DNA from: Vicinamibacterales bacterium
GTDB lineage: Bacteria; Acidobacteriota; Vicinamibacteria; Vicinamibacterales; UBA2999
Assembly: GCA_036004405.1 (NCBI GenBank)
Contig: DASYRM010000065.1
Location: 5,674 to 69,673, forward strand
DNA: 64,000 nucleotides
Reading direction: 5' to 3'
Shown: positions 57,914 to 64,000 of the stretch, in pieces
Position numbering within the stretch: position 1 is the stretch's first letter
Layout: each line of letters begins with the position of its first letter
The notes under the pieces: generated by a model
Database searches by the model: none
The model's input: the letters and a program-made list of their open reading frames with translations, nothing else
Told to the model about the DNA's origin: nothing
Made by a program: the position numbers and the translations under genes

Positions 57914-58990
57914 GTGAGTGCTGCCAAAACTCGAGTTCTGGTGCTCGAGAGCCAGACGCCGTTCGTGCACGGCGGGGCCGAGATTCTGTCGCGCGAGCTC
58001 TTGAGCGCTCTCCGGGGTCACGGCTACGAGGCCGAGCTCGTCTCGATTCCGTTTCGCGACGCACCGCGCGACGAGCTGCTGGCCCACGCGGCGGCGTGGC
58101 GCCTGATCGACGTGACGCGCGCGCTCGACCGCCCGATCGACGCGGTCGTGGCCACCAAGTTCCCCACCTATTTCGTCCGCCATCCGGCCAAGGTGGCGTG
58201 GCTGGTACACCAGCATCGCGCCGCCTACGAGCTGTGCGGGACGCCGTTCAGCGACTTCGAGCACACCGAGCGCGATGTCGGCCTGCGGAAGCGCCTGCTC
58301 GAGCTCGACACGCAGATGCTGCGCGAGTGCCGTGGGCTCTTCAGCATCGCGCGCACGGTGTCGGCGCGGCTGCAGAAGTACAACCAGCTCACCGCCGCCC
58401 CGCTCTACCATCCGCCGCGGCTCGCCGGCTCGATCCGCTCCGGCGCCTACGGCGACTACGTGCTGACGGTGTCGCGGCTCGAGAAGGTGAAGCGCGTCGA
58501 CCTGGCCATCGACGCCATCGCGCGGGTGCGCGGCGCCGCGCGGCTGATCGTCGCTGGCGACGGCAGCGAGCGGGCGGCCCTGGCGGCGCGAATCGCCGCG
58601 CTCGGGCTCGGCGATCGCGTGCGGCTGGCCGGCCGCGTCGAAGACGCCGAGCTGATCGAACTGCTGGCCGGCGCCCGCGCCCTGCTCTTCACGCCATTCG
58701 AAGAGGACTACGGCTACGTCACCCTCGAGGCGTTCCTCGCCCGCAAGCCGGTCATCACCACCAGCGACGCCGGCGGGCCGCTCGAGTTCGTCGAGGACGG
58801 CGTGAACGGGCTCGTCGCCGCCCCGTCGCCCGACGCGGTGGCCGACGCGATCGCGCGGCTCGCCACCGATGGCGCCGAGGCCGCGCGGCTCGGCGAGGCA
58901 GGCTACGCGCGTGCGCGCCTCATCTCCTGGGACGGCGTGGTCGAGCAGCTGATGTCGGCTGCGCGCGAAGGAGTGCCGTCTGGCCAGTAG
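57914..58990 (+). CDS. glycosyltransferase family 4 (GT-B, group 1)
   Basis: Contains FVHGGAEILSRELLSAL. The C-terminal segment EDYGYVTLEAFLARKPVITT..GGPLEFVEDGVNG is an E-x7-E type motif. Confidence 0.88.
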   Translation: MSAAKTRVLVLESQTPFVHGGAEILSRELLSALRGHGYEAELVSIPFRDAPRDELLAHAAAWRLIDVTRALDRPIDAVVATKFPTYFVRHPAKVAWLVHQHRAAYELCGTPFSDFEHTERDVGLRKRLLELDTQMLRECRGLFSIARTVSARLQKYNQLTAAPLYHPPRLAGSIRSGAYGDYVLTVSRLEKVKRVDLAIDAIARVRGAARLIVAGDGSERAALAARIAALGLGDRVRLAGRVEDAELIELLAGARALLFTPFEEDYGYVTLEAFLARKPVITTSDAGGPLEFVEDGVNGLVAAPSPDAVADAIARLATDGAEAARLGEAGYARARLISWDGVVEQLMSAAREGVPSGQ

Positions 58991-59021
58991 CGACAGGCCA
59001 GGCGATGGCGTCCTGGTCATC

Positions 59022-59702
59022 GTGCCTACGTTCAACGAGCGCGAGAACATCACGGCGCTGGTCCCGCGGCTGCTGGCGATCGAGGGGCTGCGCGTGCTGA
59101 TCGTCGACGACGCCTCGCCCGACGGCACCGGCGCCGTGGCCGACCGGCTCGCGGCCGAGAGCCGCGGCCAGCTCACCGTGATGCACCGCACCGGCGCGCG
59201 GGGGCTGGGACGGTCGTACGCGGACGGCATGCAGGCCGCCGTCCTCACCAACGCCCGCTTCATCTGCCAGATGGACGCGGACCTTTCGCACGATCCGATC
59301 GATCTCGTGCGGCTGATCGTCGCCGGGGCGTCGGCCGATCTGGTGATCGGATCGCGCTACGTGCCGGGCGGCACGCTGCACAACTGGCCCCGCCGGCGCG
59401 TGTGGCTCAGCGCGGTCGCGAACTGGTACGTGCGCGCCGTAACGGGCCTGCGCGTCCGCGACTGCACGAGCGGCTTCCGGTGCTGGAACCGCGACCTCCT
59501 TGCGCGCCTGCCGCTCGCCGCGATCGCCTCCGACGGCTACGCGTTCCAGGTGGAGATGGCCTTCGAAGCCAGGCGCGCGGGCGCCACCATCGTCGAAGCG
59601 CCCATTACGTTCGTGGAGCGGCGCCAGGGCTCGTCCAAGCTGTCCTGGAGCGTCATCGCGGAGTCGATCTGGATGCCCTGGCGTCTGGTCTCGCGGCGCT
59701 GA
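59022..59702 (+). CDS. family-2 glycosyltransferase, polyprenyl-phosphate sugar synthase-like (Dpm1/Ppm1/ArnC-like)
   Basis: Contains PTFNERENI, IVDDASPDGT and QMDADLSHDP. The in-frame sequence upstream of the GTG at 59022 reads GDGVLVIV, the expected first beta-strand, so the real start is probably further 5' (see findings). Confidence 0.85.
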   Translation: MPTFNERENITALVPRLLAIEGLRVLIVDDASPDGTGAVADRLAAESRGQLTVMHRTGARGLGRSYADGMQAAVLTNARFICQMDADLSHDPIDLVRLIVAGASADLVIGSRYVPGGTLHNWPRRRVWLSAVANWYVRAVTGLRVRDCTSGFRCWNRDLLARLPLAAIASDGYAFQVEMAFEARRAGATIVEAPITFVERRQGSSKLSWSVIAESIWMPWRLVSRR

Positions 59703-60473
59703 TTGGTATACCCTCCCCGTCCCATGCCAGCACCCGCGGGCCCGCGGCCGTCGATCTCCGCGTTTTTCCCCTGCTACAACGACGAGAGCACCATCGCCGG
59801 CCTGGTCCGTGAGGCCGACGCGCAGCTGCGGTGTGCCACCGACGACTACGAGATCATCGTCGTCAACGACGGCTCGGGCGACGGCAGTGCCGCGGTGCTG
59901 GCGGCTCTGGCGCGGGAAATGCCGCGGCTGACGGTGGTCACCCACGACGTGAATCGCGGATACGGCGGCGCGCTGCGCTCCGGGTTCGCCGCGGCAAAGA
60001 AAGATCTGGTCTTCTACACCGACGGCGACGGGCAGTACGACGTCCGGGAAATCCCGATCATGCTCGCCCTTCTCGTCGACGACACCGACTTCGTCAACGG
60101 CATGAAGATGGCGCGCAGCGACCCCGCGTATCGGGTGTTCGTCGGCAACCTCCACAAGTTCGTCACGCGGTGGGCGTTCTGGCTGCCGATCGACGACGTG
60201 GACTGCGACTATCGCCTGATCCGCCGCAGCGTGCTCGACCGCCTCGAGCTGCACAGCAACAGCGGATCGATCTGCGTGGAGCTGGTGAAAAACGCGCAGC
60301 GGGCCGGCGCGCGCTTCCGGCAGGTGTCGGTGCGACATTACTCGCGGCAGTTCGGCAGCTCGCAGTTCTTTCGTCCCGGACGCATCCTGCGCACCTACGC
60401 CGACCTGGCGCTCATGTGGCTCCGGCTGATGGTGCTGCGCCGGGGCAGCCCGGCTGATAGAATCCGCGCGTGA
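59703..60473 (+). CDS. family-2 glycosyltransferase
   Basis: Contains SAFFPCYNDES, IVVNDGSGDGS and FYTDGDGQYD. TTG start at 59703; an alternative ATG lies at 59724. Confidence 0.85.
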   Translation: MVYPPRPMPAPAGPRPSISAFFPCYNDESTIAGLVREADAQLRCATDDYEIIVVNDGSGDGSAAVLAALAREMPRLTVVTHDVNRGYGGALRSGFAAAKKDLVFYTDGDGQYDVREIPIMLALLVDDTDFVNGMKMARSDPAYRVFVGNLHKFVTRWAFWLPIDDVDCDYRLIRRSVLDRLELHSNSGSICVELVKNAQRAGARFRQVSVRHYSRQFGSSQFFRPGRILRTYADLALMWLRLMVLRRGSPADRIRA

Positions 60474-61513
60474 ACCGGCCGCCGGACGCGTCGGTACCGT
60501 ACCGGGCTTTCTACGCTGGCCGGCGCATCCTCGTCACCGGCGGGCTCGGGTTCATCGGCAGCAACCTGTCGCGCGAGCTGGTCGCGCTTGGCGCACAGGT
60601 GACGATCGTCGATGCGCTGATCCCCGAATACGGTGGCAACCGCTTCAACATCGACGGCATCGCGGATCGCGTTCGCGTCGAAGTCGCCGACGTGCGCGAC
60701 ACGGCGGCGGTGGCCGCCGCCGTACACGGGCAGGACGTCATCTTCAACCTCGCGGGTCAGGTGAGCCACATCGACAGCATGCGCGACCCGCACACCGATC
60801 TCGAAATCAACTGCCGCGCGCAGTTGTCGCTGCTCGAGGCGTGCCGGGCGCGCAACCCCGGCGTGAAGGTGGTGTTCGCGGGCACCCGCCAGGTCTACGG
60901 CCGGCCGTCGAGCCTGCCTGTCACCGAGGATCACCTCGTCAAGCCGACCGACGTCAACGGGATCAACAAGGCGGCCGGCGAGTACTACCACCTGGTCTAC
61001 AACAACGTCTTCGGGCTCCGCGCCTGCTCGCTGCGCCTCACCAACGTGTTCGGGCCGCGGCAGCTGCTGAAGCACAGCCGCCAGGGATTCATCGGCTGGT
61101 TCATCCGGCTCGCCATCGAAGACCAGGAGATCCAGATCTACGGCGACGGGTCGCAGGTGCGCGACCTGGTGTTCGTGGACGACGCGGCGGACGCCTTCCT
61201 GCGCGCCGGCGCCAGCGACGAGGCCAACGGCCGCGTGTTCAACGTGGGCGGCGAGGAGCCGATCACGCACCGCGCACTGGTCGAGCGGCTGATCGACGTG
61301 TGCGGAACCGGGCGTTACCGCTGCGTGGACTGGCCGCCCGAGAAGCGCGCGATCGATATCGGCAGCTTCTACGCCGACTCGTCGCTCATCGCGCGCACGC
61401 TCGGCTGGCGGCCGACCGTGGGGCTGCGCGACGGGCTGCAGCGCACGGTGGCCTTCTACCGCGCCCACCTGTCGCAGTACGTGACCGCCGCCTCGCGGGT
61501 CGGCGCACCGTGA
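60470..61513 (+). CDS. extended SDR (NAD-dependent epimerase/dehydratase family) with an atypical active-site motif
   Basis: Contains VTGGLGFIGSNL and FAGTRQVYG. The position of the YxxxK motif reads NGINK (N163, K167). GTGA overlap with the upstream gene. Confidence 0.85.
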   Translation: MNRPPDASVPYRAFYAGRRILVTGGLGFIGSNLSRELVALGAQVTIVDALIPEYGGNRFNIDGIADRVRVEVADVRDTAAVAAAVHGQDVIFNLAGQVSHIDSMRDPHTDLEINCRAQLSLLEACRARNPGVKVVFAGTRQVYGRPSSLPVTEDHLVKPTDVNGINKAAGEYYHLVYNNVFGLRACSLRLTNVFGPRQLLKHSRQGFIGWFIRLAIEDQEIQIYGDGSQVRDLVFVDDAADAFLRAGASDEANGRVFNVGGEEPITHRALVERLIDVCGTGRYRCVDWPPEKRAIDIGSFYADSSLIARTLGWRPTVGLRDGLQRTVAFYRAHLSQYVTAASRVGAP

Positions 61514-62625
61514 GCGCCGACGACGACGAGCGTCTGCCCTTCATCGATCTGAGTCCGGGATCCGACGCCGCCGAGATCCGCGAAGCCATCGAGCGGGTGC
61601 TCACCCGCGGCTGGTTCATCCTCGGTCCGGAAGTCGAGGCTTTCGAAGTGGAGTTCGCAGCCGCGTCCGGCGCCAAGCACGGCATCGGCGTCGGCAACGG
61701 GACCGATGCGATTGCGCTGGCCCTGCGCGCCGCCGGCGTGAACCCGGGCGACGAGGTGATTGTGCCGGCCATGACCGCCGCCTTCACCGGCCTGGCGGTG
61801 GTGGCCGCGGGAGCGGTGCCGGTGATCGCCGACGTCGATCCGCGCACGCTGACGCTCGACGCGCGCGCCTGCGCCGACGCCATCACGCCGCGCACGCGCG
61901 CCATCGTGCCGGTGCACCTGTACGGACAGGCGGCGGACATGCTGGAGATCATGGTGGTGGCCGACCGTCATCGTCTCGTCGTGATCGAGGACTGTTGCCA
62001 GGCGCACCTGGCCACCTGCAATGGGCTGCCGGTCGGAACGATCGGCGCGGCCGGGGCCTTCAGCTTCTACCCCACCAAGAACCTGGGCGCCTGCGGGGAC
62101 GGCGGCGCCGTCATCACCAGCGACGGCGCTCTGGCCGACCGCGTCCGCCTGCTCCGGAACGGCGGCCAGACCAATCGCAACCTGCACGCCGTGCCGGGCG
62201 TGAACAGCCGCCTCGACGAACTGCAGGCGGCCATCCTCCGCGTCCGGCTGCCGAATCTCCTGCCCGAGACCGCCCTGCGCCGTCTGCACGCGGCGTTCTA
62301 CCGCGATGCCCTGACCGGCGACGTGGCTCCGGTGGCCGAGCGCGATCCGGGCCACGTCTACCACCTGTTTCCTGTACGATCGGCCAGGCGCGAGGCGTTG
62401 CAGGCCCACCTGGCGCGCGCCGGCGTTGAAACCTTGATCCACTATCCCATTCCGCTGCACGAGCAGCCGGCCTTCGCGCACCTGGCCTCGCGCGACTGTC
62501 CCGTCGCCACCAGAGCCGCCGCGGAGCTGCTGTCGCTGCCGCTGCACGCGCGTCTGCACGCGCGGCAGGCGGCCAGGGTTGCCGAGGCCATCCAAGTGTT
62601 CGAGAAAGGATCGATCGACGAGTGA
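61510..62625 (+). CDS. DegT/DnrJ/EryC1/StrS-family PLP-dependent sugar aminotransferase
   Basis: GTG 61510 is in a GTGA overlap. Contains GNGTDAIALAL, and FSFYPTKNLGACGDGGAV carries the PLP lysine. This is the 3' half of track ORF 60841..62625. Confidence 0.9.
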   Translation: MSADDDERLPFIDLSPGSDAAEIREAIERVLTRGWFILGPEVEAFEVEFAAASGAKHGIGVGNGTDAIALALRAAGVNPGDEVIVPAMTAAFTGLAVVAAGAVPVIADVDPRTLTLDARACADAITPRTRAIVPVHLYGQAADMLEIMVVADRHRLVVIEDCCQAHLATCNGLPVGTIGAAGAFSFYPTKNLGACGDGGAVITSDGALADRVRLLRNGGQTNRNLHAVPGVNSRLDELQAAILRVRLPNLLPETALRRLHAAFYRDALTGDVAPVAERDPGHVYHLFPVRSARREALQAHLARAGVETLIHYPIPLHEQPAFAHLASRDCPVATRAAAELLSLPLHARLHARQAARVAEAIQVFEKGSIDE

Positions 62626-63584
62626 AAGCCCTTTTGACCGGCGGCGCCGGGTTCATCGGATCGCACCTGGCAGAGCGGCTGCTCGAGCTGGGTCACGAGG
62701 TGCACGTCCTCGACAACCTCTCGACCGGCTCGATCGACAACATCGCGCACCTCAAAGGCCGGCCGGGGTTCTCGTATGTCATCGACACGGTGACCAACGA
62801 GCCGCTGCTCGCCGAGATGATCGACCAGTGCGACGTGGTCTTCCACCTCGCCGCGGCGGTCGGCGTGAAGCTGATCGTCGAGCAGCCGGTGCACACCATC
62901 GAGACCAACGTGCACGGCACCGAGGTCGTGCTCAAGCACGCCAACAAGAAGAAGAAGCTGGTCGTCATCGCCTCCACATCGGAGGTCTACGGCAAGAGCG
63001 CAGACGTGCCGTTCCGCGAGGGCGCCGACCTGGTGCTGGGCGCCACGGTCAAGCACCGGTGGGCATACGCGTGCAGCAAGCTGATCGACGAGTTCCTCGC
63101 GCTGGCGTACTGGAAGGAGAAAAAGCTGCCGATCGTGATCGTGCGGCTCTTCAACACCGTGGGCCCGCGGCAGACCGGTCAGTACGGCATGGTGCTGCCG
63201 ACCTTCGTGCGGCAGGCGCTCGCCGGGCAGCCGATCACGGTGTTCGGCGACGGAACCCAGTCGCGCAGCTTCACCTACGTGGCTGATGTGGTGGACGCCC
63301 TCATCAAGCTGGCGCAGGAGCCGCGCGCCGTGGGCGAGGTGTTCAACATCGGCAACACCGAGGAAGTGACCATTCGCGAGCTGGCCGAGCGGGTGAAGCG
63401 GCTCACCAGCAGCGGTTCACCTGTGCAGCTCATCCCCTATGACGAAGCGTACGAGGCCGGCTTCGAGGACATGCCGCGGCGGGTCCCGGACATCTCCAAG
63501 GTCCACAACCTGGTCGGCTACGCGCCCCGCCTGACGCTGGACGAAATCGTCTGCCGGGTGGTCGAGAGCTTCCAAAAGGCCTAG
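62622..63584 (+). CDS. extended SDR, UDP-glucuronate decarboxylase / ArnA-C-terminal-domain-like
   Basis: Contains LTGGAGFIGSHL, STSEVYG, RWAYACSKLIDE (YxxxK) and RLFNTVGPRQ. GTGA overlap with the aminotransferase. Confidence 0.85.
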   Translation: MKALLTGGAGFIGSHLAERLLELGHEVHVLDNLSTGSIDNIAHLKGRPGFSYVIDTVTNEPLLAEMIDQCDVVFHLAAAVGVKLIVEQPVHTIETNVHGTEVVLKHANKKKKLVVIASTSEVYGKSADVPFREGADLVLGATVKHRWAYACSKLIDEFLALAYWKEKKLPIVIVRLFNTVGPRQTGQYGMVLPTFVRQALAGQPITVFGDGTQSRSFTYVADVVDALIKLAQEPRAVGEVFNIGNTEEVTIRELAERVKRLTSSGSPVQLIPYDEAYEAGFEDMPRRVPDISKVHNLVGYAPRLTLDEIVCRVVESFQKA

Positions 63585-63673
63585 TGCAGTAAGGCCGAGG
63601 TCGGCCCTGGGCCGTCACCCTCGGGGGACCGATAGTAGAGGTCGTATACTCCCCTTACTAGGAGAGTCGCCTC

Positions 63674-64000
63674 ATGAAGGCTCACATCCTTCTTGCCAGC
63701 GTGCTCGTGATGCTCGCGGCCCTGCCGGCGGCGGGGCAATCGGTCAAACTGTCGTTCCACGGCGGCAAGGTCGATCTGAGCGCCGAGAACGCGTCGGTCC
63801 GCGCCATTCTCACCGAGTGGGCGCGTGTCGGCGGCACCAGCGTCGTCAACGCCGAGCGCATCGTCGGGCCTCCCGTCACCGTCGAGTTCAAGGATGCCTA
63901 CGAGCAGCAGGCGCTCGAGTCGCTGCTGCGCGGTGTGAGCGGCTACATCGTCGGACCACGCCTCGCGCCCGGCACGCCGACGTCGTCGGGTTTCGATCGC
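63674..64000 (+). CDS. secreted hypothetical protein, partial (continues past window end)
   Basis: ATG 63674 follows AGGAGAG. Hand translation gives MKAHILLASVLVMLAALPAAGQSVKLSFHGGKVDLSAENASVRAILTEWARVGG..., open to position 64000 (109 codons). It is absent from the track because there is no in-window stop. Confidence 0.6.
   Translation, partial: MKAHILLASVLVMLAALPAAGQSVKLSFHGGKVDLSAENASVRAILTEWARVGGTSVVNAERIVGPPVTVEFKDAYEQQALESLLRGVSGYIVGPRLAPGTPTSSGFDR

Noticed and set aside
63593-63606. Hairpin ggccg-aggt-cggcc after the last SDR gene as a terminator or REP copy
   Set aside because: It has only a 5-6-bp stem and no T-tract. Its loop and flanks do not match the REP-like consensus. The evidence is too weak to annotate.

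Overview
High-GC bacterial chromosomal window. All calls were made by eye from the six-frame track and the raw sequence; no HMM, BLAST or folding program was run. Gene content suggests an Acidobacteriota-like diderm (TonB-dependent receptor with an N-terminal carboxypeptidase-regulatory-like domain, a full dcw cluster), but this is inference only.

Layout:
(i) 1-13.6 kb is an accessory-looking region. It holds a minus-strand run of a giant 1,888-aa secreted repeat protein, a small secreted ORF and a frame-broken YD/RHS fragment that runs off the window. It is followed by a membrane protein, an acyltransferase-3/SGNH protein, a 2OG-oxygenase-like protein, a Zn-ribbon methyltransferase and a DUF6152-type pair.
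(ii) 13.8-23.2 kb holds a TonB-dependent receptor. It also holds a tightly coupled minus-strand block of histidine kinase, REC-HDOD regulator, REC-degenerate-HD regulator and citrate synthase.
(iii) 23.4-38.3 kb holds housekeeping genes: GT2 synthase, larB, mutS2, dnaG, rpoD, tRNA-Met(CAU), FkbM methyltransferase, zinc-ribbon protein, rnhA, pgeF, acpS, a SpoVG-like protein and an M3 oligoendopeptidase.
(iv) 38.4-56.6 kb holds a radical-SAM gene and a complete dcw cluster: mraZ-rsmH-ftsL-ftsI-murE-murF-mraY-murD-ftsW-murG-murC-ftsQ-ftsA-ftsZ. There is no ddl or murB, and most junctions are ATGA/GTGA overlaps.
(v) 56.8-64 kb holds ychF followed by a six-gene glycan/amino-sugar cluster and a partial secreted ORF.

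No rRNA, CRISPR array, transposase or integrase was seen.

Most notable observations:
- the giant mosaic protein with an unassignable C-terminal region, a small partner ORF and an orphan YD repeat fragment;
- a family of REP-like GC hairpins that overlap gene 3' ends, including a perfect 36-bp tandem duplication;
- a 158-bp imperfect palindrome;
- a 91-nt palindrome that includes the tRNA 3' end;
- a structured 204-nt spacer inside the dcw operon;
- a coding-like in-frame extension after the rnhA stop codon;
- citrate synthase apparently co-transcribed with a two-component system.

Many long track ORFs are antisense or N-terminally over-extended artefacts of high GC.
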